A stretch of DNA of 64,000 nucleotides from Lentimicrobiaceae bacterium (GTDB lineage: Bacteria; Bacteroidota; Bacteroidia; Bacteroidales; UBA4417): the NCBI GenBank assembly GCA_033809755.1, contig JAPXLB010000001.1:158563-222562 (forward strand), written 5' to 3'. Below the pieces are notes generated by a model that was not told the origin of the DNA, made no database searches, and saw nothing but the letters and a program-made list of their open reading frames with translations. Shown one piece after another: positions 19,106 through 27,092 of the stretch. Numbering within the stretch: position 1 is the first letter of the stretch; the number at the start of each line of letters is the position of its first letter. The position numbers and the translations under genes are program-made.

Positions 19106-19966
19106 TTATTTTACAATATGTTTTTCGGCGTGGTAGCTACTTCTGACTAAAGGCTTGCTTTCGACAAATTCAAAACCGATATCTAAGCCAACTTCTCTAT
19201 ATTTGTCAAACTGCTCAGGAGTAACGTATTCTTTCACAGGCAAGTGCTTAGGTGTTGGCTGAAGATATTGACCTACCGTAAAAATCTTGCAACCGGCATT
19301 GTATAAATCTTGCATTGTTTCAACCACTTCATCATAAGTTTCGCCCAAGCCGACCATAATCCCCGATTTTGTTCTAACACCTTTATCAGCCATATATTTA
19401 AGCACTTTGAGACTGGTTTCGTATTTTGCGGCACTACGCACAAGAGGTGTAAGCTGTCTGGTTGTTTCCATATTGTGCGAAATAATATCGGGTTTGGCAT
19501 CGATAATTTGCTGCACAAGGTCGGTGTTGCCTTTAAAGTCGGGGATAAGAGTTTCTATTGTCGTTTCCGGACATTTGAGTTTAATTTTCCTAACAGTTTC
19601 CGCCCATATTGCAGCGCCACCGTCGGGTAGGTCGTCTCTATCAACCGAAGTGATAACAACATGTTTCAGATTTAAAAACTTGACGGAGTCGGCTATGTTG
19701 TCGGGTTCGTTTTGGTCGGGAGGTAAAGGTTTACCTGTCATCGTAGCACAAAACTTGCAACTGCGAGTGCATATTTCGCCAAGTATCATAAAGGTTGCCG
19801 TGCCTGCGTTCCAACATTCGCCCATGTTAGGACATTTGCCGCTAGTACATATTGTGTGCAAACCCTTGGCTTCTATTATCGACTTCACTTTGAGGTAGTT
19901 ATCGCCTTTCGGAAGTTTTATTTTAAGCCAATCGGGCTTGCGTAAGGGCTGTTCTGATTGTTTCAT
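19106..19966 (-). CDS. lipA: Lipoyl synthase
   Basis: KPDWLK, CTSGKCPNMGECW, CTRSCKFC, TSVDRDD and RSSYHA; true start MKQSEQ at 19966 (the longer ORF runs into a repeat tract). Confidence 0.96.
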   Translation of the reverse strand: MKQSEQPLRKPDWLKIKLPKGDNYLKVKSIIEAKGLHTICTSGKCPNMGECWNAGTATFMILGEICTRSCKFCATMTGKPLPPDQNEPDNIADSVKFLNLKHVVITSVDRDDLPDGGAAIWAETVRKIKLKCPETTIETLIPDFKGNTDLVQQIIDAKPDIISHNMETTRQLTPLVRSAAKYETSLKVLKYMADKGVRTKSGIMVGLGETYDEVVETMQDLYNAGCKIFTVGQYLQPTPKHLPVKEYVTPEQFDKYREVGLDIGFEFVESKPLVRSSYHAEKHIVK

Positions 19967-20060
19967 TTTGCAAAAATAAAATAATGGAGTTATTAACGAC
20001 TTAACAAGCTGATTTATTTTTATTGTTGTAGGGTAAAATCTTGAAAGAAAGTAGCTTTGC

Positions 20061-20207
20061 GGTGAATGGTGGTTGGTGATGGGTGATGAGTGATGAGTGA
20101 TGAGTGAGTTATGAGTTGAAATACTCGAAACTCGGAACTCGGAACTCGAAACTAACTCGTACCCCGTAACCCGCAACAGCTAATAGCCAAGAGCTAACAG
20201 CCAACGG
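20061..20207. repeat. Ordered composite heptamer array
   Basis: GTGATGA / GAGTTAT / ACTCGGA / CCCGTAA / TAGCCAA blocks; an inverted counterpart lies at 37372-37500. Confidence 0.85.
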
Positions 20208-20230
20208 CAACTTTGTGATATTTCAGTTTA

Positions 20231-20956
20231 TTATGTTTTGTTCACATCGTTGTCGGACGTGTCCTCATCTAAGAACCTCATATTGTTTGGGTTAAATGGG
20301 CTCTTGGAGCGATGTTTGCGAACGTATCTGAAACCGACTCTGTACAAATAAATAACGTAGGGAATAAAAAGTAACAACATAAAGTTGTATCCAGTCATCA
20401 AAAAGAAATCGTAAAGTCCGTGTAACATCCACGGCACAACGAATGCCAATGACGAGTATCTGCTTTGTTTACCGTCTTTTTTAAATTTAGCCAATCCGAG
20501 GTAATAACCCATAGTAACCCCAAATATGGCGTGAGCCGGGACAGCCGTAACGGCTCTGAGCAATCCGACGTTAAGAGAGTTTTCGGCAAACACGTACATA
20601 ATATTTTCAACGCAGGCAAAACCTAAGCTCACCGAAACGGCGTACACTATGCCATCGAATTTTTCGTTAAACTCTTTGCTTCGCCAGAACAGTATTACCG
20701 TGGCTAAAAATTTAAACAATTCTTCGGAAAAGCCGGCAACTACGAAAGCGTCGTAGAAAGCTGATATTATTTTGCTCCCTTCAAAAATGTTTAGCAAACC
20801 CAAAAACTGCTCGACAAAAATAACAGGAATTATTATAAAAACTCCACCCAAAAAGCCTTTAATTACAAGGCGTATAGGTTCTCTTTCGTATTTGTCGGAA
20901 AAATAAATATAAAACAAAATTATTAGTACTGGGGCTATGGCTATTGTGAAAAGCAT
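20231..20956 (-). CDS. prsW: PrsW family intramembrane metalloprotease
   Basis: DKYEREP, EELFK, GFACVEN, PAHA and LHGLYD motifs. Confidence 0.9.
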   Translation of the reverse strand: MLFTIAIAPVLIILFYIYFSDKYEREPIRLVIKGFLGGVFIIIPVIFVEQFLGLLNIFEGSKIISAFYDAFVVAGFSEELFKFLATVILFWRSKEFNEKFDGIVYAVSVSLGFACVENIMYVFAENSLNVGLLRAVTAVPAHAIFGVTMGYYLGLAKFKKDGKQSRYSSLAFVVPWMLHGLYDFFLMTGYNFMLLLFIPYVIYLYRVGFRYVRKHRSKSPFNPNNMRFLDEDTSDNDVNKT

Positions 20957-20979
20957 AAAGTATTGTTAAGAGTAAATAT

Positions 20980-21552
20980 TTATTTTTTGTTTAAAATTTG
21001 TTCAAGCAGTTTATCGTACCATTGTTTGCCATATTTTTCTATTAAAGGCTCTTTCAAAAATATGTACAGAGGCACGTTGTCAATTTCTCCTTTAACTAAA
21101 GCATCTTCGCATATGTACCACTTTTGGTAATTAACCACTTCGGTTCCGTCACTCAGTTTGCTGAGCCTTATGGGATACAAAAAGCAAGATATAGGCTTTC
21201 TGAAATTGATTTTTCCATCTCTGAATGCCTTTTCTATGGCACATAAAGCAATATCACCATCGTAAACCATGAAAGTGCAGGCTCCTTTTTCTTTCAGAGA
21301 AGTAACAAACTCTCCATCATCATCGTAATCGAAAGAGCCGTACTTTTCAAGCGCTTTCAAACCTTCGGCGTCCATGTATTGTTTAATGACTTCGATGTTT
21401 TCTTCTATGGTTTCAATTTCCGTTTCTAAAATAGGAGCTCCGGCAACACCTTCGATGCAACATATCCCTTTGCAGGCTTTGAGGTCGCAACAGAATTTAA
21501 CATGTTCCAAGTCATCGCTTACGAGTACATTATCAACTATAATCATTTTCAT
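20980..21552 (-). CDS. DUF3109 family protein
   Basis: FCCDLKACKGICCIEG..GAP, CAIE, KPISCFLYPIR and FLKEPLI..YG motifs. Confidence 0.85.
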   Translation of the reverse strand: MKMIIVDNVLVSDDLEHVKFCCDLKACKGICCIEGVAGAPILETEIETIEENIEVIKQYMDAEGLKALEKYGSFDYDDDGEFVTSLKEKGACTFMVYDGDIALCAIEKAFRDGKINFRKPISCFLYPIRLSKLSDGTEVVNYQKWYICEDALVKGEIDNVPLYIFLKEPLIEKYGKQWYDKLLEQILNKK

Positions 21553-22193
21553 AAGTGTTGTAAAAACGGATTGTTATTTTTTTCGTATTCAATGGTAGAA
21601 GCAGGACCATGTCCGGGATAAACAGCATAACTACCGTCTAATGTGAGCAGTTCTCGTTCAATGCTTTCTAAAAGCGTGTTATGGTCGCCGGTAGGCAAGT
21701 CGCTTCTGCCAATGCTACTGTTAAAAAGCACATCGCCGGTTAAAACGTATTTTTCGTTGTGGTTCACCAAGCAGATGCTGCCGTCGGCGTGTCCGGGAGT
21801 GTATCGTACCTCAAGTTCAGTGTCACCGAATTTAACAATATCGCCGTGATTCAAAAATTCGCCTGGGTCACCAATGGGCTCCAATTTTAATCCCATAACT
21901 GAGCCGAACTCTTTTGCTGTATCTATAAAAAGTTTGCTCTTTGGGTGACACAAATAAGGGATATCCCATTTTTTTTGAACAAAATTATTGCCCAAAATAT
22001 GATCGACGTGCATGTGCGTATATATTATTTTGACGGGTTTAAGATTATTTTCGCCGATAAATTCTGATAAAATTTTTTCCTCATATTCTCCGTAGCAACC
22101 CGGGTCTACGATTATGCAACTATTGTCGGATGAGGAAATTACGTATGTGTTTACCTGAACAGGATTGAAAACTAGAGTGTTAATTTTGCTCAT
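21549..22193 (-). CDS. Metallo-beta-lactamase-fold hydrolase (glyoxalase II/YcbL-like)
   Basis: THMHVDH, TPGHADG, GDVLF..SIGRSD and PGHG motifs. Confidence 0.9.
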   Translation of the reverse strand: MSKINTLVFNPVQVNTYVISSSDNSCIIVDPGCYGEYEEKILSEFIGENNLKPVKIIYTHMHVDHILGNNFVQKKWDIPYLCHPKSKLFIDTAKEFGSVMGLKLEPIGDPGEFLNHGDIVKFGDTELEVRYTPGHADGSICLVNHNEKYVLTGDVLFNSSIGRSDLPTGDHNTLLESIERELLTLDGSYAVYPGHGPASTIEYEKNNNPFLQHL

Positions 22194-22498
22194 ATTTTGT
22201 TTGTGTTAGCGTTAAAATGTAGCGCACAAGGTGTTTGTTCACCTTATTTGCTACTTATTCTACAAAAATAAAATTTTTACAAATATAGGGTTTTGTTAAT
22301 CATTGCAAGATTAACCTTGATAAATTATTGTAATCTGTTTTATAACTGGCTGTTAGCTTTTAGCCATTAGCCGTTGGCAACAATTTCGGATGCTGAGCTT
22401 TTCTAAAATAGTGTAAGCTAATATTTTCCACACACGCTTTACAAAAGCGTGCGAGCGAAGGAAAAAAAAGAGGACAAATGAATAATTGCGAAAAAATA

Positions 22499-22528
22499 TT
22501 GCTATTTGGAAAAGTTCTTGTAATTTTG
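22499..22528 (+). promoter_or_regulatory. Bacteroidota promoter, unit 1
   Basis: TTG (22499-22501), 19 nt spacer, TAATTTTG (22521-22528). Confidence 0.7.
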
Positions 22529-22532
22529 CGAA

Positions 22533-22604
22533 CGCCTGAGGGGAGTCTGTGCTCTCCACACGATCCCGTCCTTTAGTTTTTATAATTAAAGGACGGTTTT
22601 TTTT
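22533..22604 (+). ncRNA. Candidate ~70-nt small RNA (hairpin plus intrinsic terminator)
   Basis: Follows the promoter. Hairpin GGGGAG/CTCTCC (22540-22557); terminator CCGTCCTTTA...TAAAGGACGG (22566-22596) followed by T8. Confidence 0.5.
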
Positions 22605-22750
22605 ATTTATTCTACATATCTTTATTATGGATTTATAAACGATTATTATAAATAATCCAAAATTCGTACATAGTAGTTTTTTTGCACACGCTTTACAAAA
22701 GCGTGCGAGCAAAGGGGAAAAGAGAACAAATGAATAAACGCAAATAAATA

Positions 22751-22780
22751 TTGCTATCTGGAAAAGTTTTTATATTTTTG
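22751..22780 (+). promoter_or_regulatory. Bacteroidota promoter, unit 2
   Basis: TTG (22751-22753), 19 nt spacer, TATTTTTG (22773-22780). Confidence 0.7.
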
Positions 22781-22785
22781 CAGAC

Positions 22786-22898
22786 GAAATAGTAAGAGAT
22801 TAAAAACAATTAATGCTGTCATAGGAAGACAGAGCCGCTGAAAAGCCGCTTGATTGCGTGGTTCGAGTCCCGCTAATTGTTTTTAGTCTCTTGTTTTT
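22786..22898 (+). ncRNA. Candidate tRNA-like small RNA on a 19-bp closing stem
   Basis: 22794-22812 pairs with 22874-22892. Inside: a D-like arm CTGTC-ATAGGAA-GACAG, an anticodon-like arm GCCGC-TGAAAA-GCCGC and a T-arm with GGTTCGAGTCC. Confidence 0.55.
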
Positions 22899-22984
22899 AT
22901 ATATCCTTTTTTAGAATATCTTTCACCTAACAAGGGTGGTTTTTGTCAATTATCGATAATTAACAATTATTAATTGCTAATTGC

Positions 22985-23057
22985 CCCGACCACCCATCCC
23001 CACCACCCACCACCCACCACTATTCACTATTCACCATTCACCAACCACCAATCACTA
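22985..23057. repeat. CACCCAC/CACTATT heptamer tract
   Basis: Seen directly; a TTAGC-type tract at 22346-22380 bounds the other side of this island. Confidence 0.75.
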
Positions 23058-23133
23058 TAAAATTAACTTGCTATACAACAAAAAATCTTTACTTTTGTGC
23101 TGAATAATTAATAATATTCAATTAAACCTGATT

Positions 23134-26100
23134 ATGAAACGTAGAATAGGCATAGCGACAATAAGTATTTTGTTATTTATTAGCTTCAACAACGCTAATG
23201 CTCAGTTTTACAACGGTTCGCAGGTTACTTTCGGCAAAAACAGAGTACAATACAACGATTTTTTATGGACTTACTACAGGTTTAATAGTTTCGACGTGTA
23301 TTTTTATTTAAACGGTAAAGAACTGGCACAGCACACCGCCGACTACGTCCATCGCATTATTCCGCAAATTGAAACACAATTATCCACAACCCTTGATACA
23401 AAGCTGCAATTTATTGTTTTTAACTCGCTTTCCGACCTAAAACAAAGCAATTTAGGTCTTATGGAAAACAAACAATACAACATAGGTGGAATTACTCACA
23501 TTATCGGAAGTAAGGTTTTTATTTACTTCAACGGCGATAAAAACAACTTCGAACAGCAAATACGAGCAGGTATTGTACGCATTCTGACTCAGAAAATAAT
23601 TTACGGAACTTCAGTAACGGCTCAAATTAAAAACAACACTATTATCAATCTGCCAAATTGGTTTATAGATGGTTTGGTTTCGTACTACAGCACCGAGTGG
23701 GATTCGGAAATGGACAATAAAATGCGACAAGGGATGCTGAACAAAAACTATAAAAAAATCAATCATCTGTACGGGCAGGATGCTGTTATCATAGGACACA
23801 GCTTTTGGCGATATATAGCTCAAAAATTCGGCAAAGATAAAATCAATAATATCCTGTTTATCACGCGCCAAATGAGGAGCATAGAAAAAGGATTATACTA
23901 CGTTTTAAGTGTTCCCTATGATGCTCTTATGAACGATTGGCAGCAATGGTACGAAAATCAGTACTCCGACTTTAATGCCGACGGTTTTGCCGATTACTAT
24001 AATATTCCTGTGAAAGTTAGGAAAAACAAGGATTACTATAACCTTAAGGTAAGTCCCGACGGCAACAATGTCCTTTACGTCGAAAACAACAAGGGCATAA
24101 AGAGGTTGTTTTTAATTTCCGATAAAAATAACGGCAAGAAAAAGCGTTTGCTTCGTCAGGGAATACGCTCAAGCGACAAGATTGATACCGATTATCCTAT
24201 TGCTCAATGGCATCCCAACGGTAATATTATAACTATGATTGACGAAAATAAAGGACAAATTTCATTTCATTTCTACGATTTGAGAGAACAGAAATGGACA
24301 AAACAAGACCTTTTCGGATTTCAAAAAATATTAGACTTCAGCTATTCGCCTGACAGTAGAAATATTATTATGTCGGCTGTTAAGAAAGGGCAATCGGATA
24401 TATACTTGTACAATATTGCAGCCAATGCTGCCGAAAATATTACCAAAGACGCATACAACGACCTACATCCGCAGTTTGTTAGCAACGATATTATAGTGTT
24501 CAGCTCAAACAGACCAAGCGATACGCTAAGCTTTTCTGACGAATACAAGCAATCGTACAACGGAATGTCGAAAAACGACTTGTTTGTTTATAATATAAAG
24601 TCGAGAGACAAACTGCTTTACCGAGTTGAAAAATCTGCTTATGCCAACGAAACATTGCCGAAAGCACTAAACGAAAACGAATTTTTATTTCTTTCAGATA
24701 AAAACGGCATAAACAACTGCTACATTGCCAATATTCAAAAGGTTGTAGCATCTGTTGATACCGCAATTCACTACCGAATGTTTGTCAGCACCAAACCCGT
24801 ATCAAACTATAACAATAGCATAATCGATTACGATGTTGATTTGTCGAAAAACCAACTTCTTGTGCAAATTATGGAGGACAATAAGGCGGTTTTCAAGCAA
24901 GTGCCTATCAATAAGAGTTCAAAAACCTTAGAACAGACAGATTTTTCCGAATTAAGCATTAAAAAACATATAGCCGAAACACAAGCCGACACAGTTAAAC
25001 GCGATAAATTCAAACGCAAGCGTTTTGTTAATGTTTACGCCAACGATGTTATTATTGAAGACACCAGCTCAAGTAGCATTATCAGAAGCGGCAGCAATCG
25101 CAGCGTTCCTTTCTTTAGCAAAAAGGAAACCTTGTATTACGAAGAATACAAAAAATCGGATTATAACCTTACCACACCGCAGGCAAGAAACTATTTAGTC
25201 GAGTATTCGATCAACGATTTGGTAAGTCAGCTCGATTTTTCCAGAATCAGCACAAGTTACCAGCCATATTTGGGATATGCCGGTCCTGTATTTCAAAAAC
25301 AACCCACAAATGCTAATCTCATTGTTGGTGCTACCGATTTGTTGGAAGATTACAGAATAATTCTAGGAACTCGACTGAACACAAGTTTAGTCAACAACGA
25401 ATATATAATTGGGTTCGGCAATTACCAAAAGCGTTTGGACAAAGAATTGTTTTTCAGGCGTTCGGGCTTTGATATGGCGTACACAAATGCTTATATCAGG
25501 CATCATATCTACGAGTTGCATTTTATTCTTCGCTATCCTTTTAACGAAATATTAGCTCTGGAAAACACATTGTCTTTGCAGTACGACCACCCGGTTTCGT
25601 TAGCTTTTGAATATTTTACGGCAAACATTACCCCTAAACCCGATTTGTGGGGCATAGAAAAGTTGGCACTTATTTACGACAACACTCATGAGCTTGGCTT
25701 GAATTTGTTGGATGGAACCCGATTTAAAATATTTTCCGAATATTATCAGCTTGCCATCTCCGAAAAGGAAAAAACAAACATGATAGTCGTTGGAGCCGAT
25801 TTCAGAAATTACTTGCCTATACATAAAAGTTTTATTTGGGCAAATAGGTTTTCGGCAAGTACGTCATTTGGTCGTAACAGACTGCTGTACTACGTTGGCG
25901 GAGTTGATAATTGGATTATTCCTAAATTCGAAACCGAGTACCTTACCGATTACAAGTACGACTACGCATTTCAGGCATTGGCTACAAATATGCGCGGATT
26001 TAAGCAAAACATCAGAAGCGGAAATACCTTTGCTATTTATAGCACCGAGTTGCGTTTCCCTGTCTTTAAGTATCTTTTGAATAAACCCTTGAAATTTGAA

Positions 26101-26385
26101 TTTTTAAACAACTTCCAAATTGTCGGTTTCGCTGATGTCGGCTCTGCATGGCAAGGAATTAATCCTTTTGACGAAGATAACACGTATTTTACAAGATATA
26201 TAGATAATAAGCCGCTGTCAGTAAGCGTAAAAGTTCAGCAAGACCCGCTTGTTGCAGGTTACGGTTTTGGGCTCAGGACAACCGTTTTAGGTTATTTTGT
26301 CCGTGCCGATTGGGCTTGGGGAATGCAAGATAGAAAAATCATTAAAAAACCCATGTTTTACCTTTCGCTAAGTCTCGACTTTTAA
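23134..26385 (+). CDS. Large outer-membrane protein: peptidase-MA-like N-terminus, TolB/WD40-like propeller and C-terminal Omp85-like barrel
   Basis: Signal peptide; FGKNRVQY; P.WFIDGL; SPDG/HPNG/YSPDS propeller repeats; MRGF, ELRFP and FADVGSAW; terminal FYLSLSLDF; TACTTTTG promoter at 23090-23097. Confidence 0.7.
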   Translation: MKRRIGIATISILLFISFNNANAQFYNGSQVTFGKNRVQYNDFLWTYYRFNSFDVYFYLNGKELAQHTADYVHRIIPQIETQLSTTLDTKLQFIVFNSLSDLKQSNLGLMENKQYNIGGITHIIGSKVFIYFNGDKNNFEQQIRAGIVRILTQKIIYGTSVTAQIKNNTIINLPNWFIDGLVSYYSTEWDSEMDNKMRQGMLNKNYKKINHLYGQDAVIIGHSFWRYIAQKFGKDKINNILFITRQMRSIEKGLYYVLSVPYDALMNDWQQWYENQYSDFNADGFADYYNIPVKVRKNKDYYNLKVSPDGNNVLYVENNKGIKRLFLISDKNNGKKKRLLRQGIRSSDKIDTDYPIAQWHPNGNIITMIDENKGQISFHFYDLREQKWTKQDLFGFQKILDFSYSPDSRNIIMSAVKKGQSDIYLYNIAANAAENITKDAYNDLHPQFVSNDIIVFSSNRPSDTLSFSDEYKQSYNGMSKNDLFVYNIKSRDKLLYRVEKSAYANETLPKALNENEFLFLSDKNGINNCYIANIQKVVASVDTAIHYRMFVSTKPVSNYNNSIIDYDVDLSKNQLLVQIMEDNKAVFKQVPINKSSKTLEQTDFSELSIKKHIAETQADTVKRDKFKRKRFVNVYANDVIIEDTSSSSIIRSGSNRSVPFFSKKETLYYEEYKKSDYNLTTPQARNYLVEYSINDLVSQLDFSRISTSYQPYLGYAGPVFQKQPTNANLIVGATDLLEDYRIILGTRLNTSLVNNEYIIGFGNYQKRLDKELFFRRSGFDMAYTNAYIRHHIYELHFILRYPFNEILALENTLSLQYDHPVSLAFEYFTANITPKPDLWGIEKLALIYDNTHELGLNLLDGTRFKIFSEYYQLAISEKEKTNMIVVGADFRNYLPIHKSFIWANRFSASTSFGRNRLLYYVGGVDNWIIPKFETEYLTDYKYDYAFQALATNMRGFKQNIRSGNTFAIYSTELRFPVFKYLLNKPLKFEFLNNFQIVGFADVGSAWQGINPFDEDNTYFTRYIDNKPLSVSVKVQQDPLVAGYGFGLRTTVLGYFVRADWAWGMQDRKIIKKPMFYLSLSLDF

Positions 26386-26393
26386 AGCATAGA

Positions 26394-26822
26394 TTGATGG
26401 AAGTTATAGACCATAGAATAACCGATTTTATCGCAAAACACCACGTGTTTACGTTGGCAACGGCTCATCAAAACATACCTTACACCTGCTCCTGTTTCTA
26501 CGTATATAATAAAAGCAACAACACTTTTATTTTTACCAGCGACTCTGATACACGTCACGCTGCCGAAATGGCTCAGCAACCAAACGTGTCGGTTTGTATT
26601 GCTCTAGAAACCAGGATAGTAGGCAAAATTCAAGGAGTGCAAATTACCGGAAAAGCTTATCCTGTTACTGATGAACAGTACAAAGAAGCTCACAAGTTGT
26701 ACACAAAAGAATTTCCCATAGCAAATTTGAAAAAATTAAGCCTTTGGATATTGCATCCTGATTATATAAAAATGACACATAACCAGCTAGGCTTTGGGAA
26801 AAAACTAATCTGGGAAAAATAA
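26394..26822 (+). CDS. Pyridoxamine 5'-phosphate oxidase-like (YhbP-like) protein
   Basis: HHVFTLAT, CFYVY, TRH, IQGVQITG and KMTHNQLGFGKKLIW motifs. Confidence 0.8.
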   Translation: MMEVIDHRITDFIAKHHVFTLATAHQNIPYTCSCFYVYNKSNNTFIFTSDSDTRHAAEMAQQPNVSVCIALETRIVGKIQGVQITGKAYPVTDEQYKEAHKLYTKEFPIANLKKLSLWILHPDYIKMTHNQLGFGKKLIWEK

Positions 26823-27092
26823 TTTTTTAAAATATACAAGCTTTAATTTCAATCAAATGCAAAACAAATTTTTCGCAATGCCGCTAAAATAGGGCTTTAC
26901 AAGATTTATCAAAAGCATAAAGCAAACATAATCAAATCGTTAAGATTTTTTATTAAGTTATTGTTAATAACTGAAAATTGAAAGTTTGTAATTCGTTACT
27001 AAATTTGTAAACCTATCATTTTGATTATTTTTTTATAATTTAAATTTGATTATCAAACACATAAGCCCAATTTTATTAAAAAAAACTAAAAT

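Larger units (their letters stand above)
22431..22781 (+). repeat. Direct duplication (~100 bp) of palindrome plus promoter: 22431-22529 and 22685-22781
   Basis: Both copies read CACACGCTTTACAAAAGCGTGCGAGC..AAGAG.ACAAATGAATAA...AAATATTGCTAT.TGGAAAAGTT.TT.TA.TTTTGC. Confidence 0.85.

Noticed and set aside
19967..20176. 70-aa N-terminal extension of LipA
   Set aside because: The frame stays open through a heptamer tract, and a minus-strand TATTTTTG promoter at about 19971-19978 lies inside it.
22431..22710. CRISPR array
   Set aside because: Only two adjacent copies about 254 bp apart, homology extends ~100 bp, no regular spacers and no cas genes.
22353..22712. 119-aa minus-strand ORF
   Set aside because: It crosses palindromes, a promoter and a terminator, has a TTG start and has no recognisable domain.
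22794..22892. Canonical tRNA-Phe gene
   Set aside because: 19-bp closing stem, no CCA/discriminator arrangement, a mismatched anticodon stem with a 6-nt loop and a bulged T stem; reported as tRNA-like instead.
26823..27092. Cobalamin riboswitch upstream of nrdJ
   Set aside because: The spacer is very AT-rich with no B12-box or GC-rich stems; only a TAAATTTG promoter at 27000-27007.
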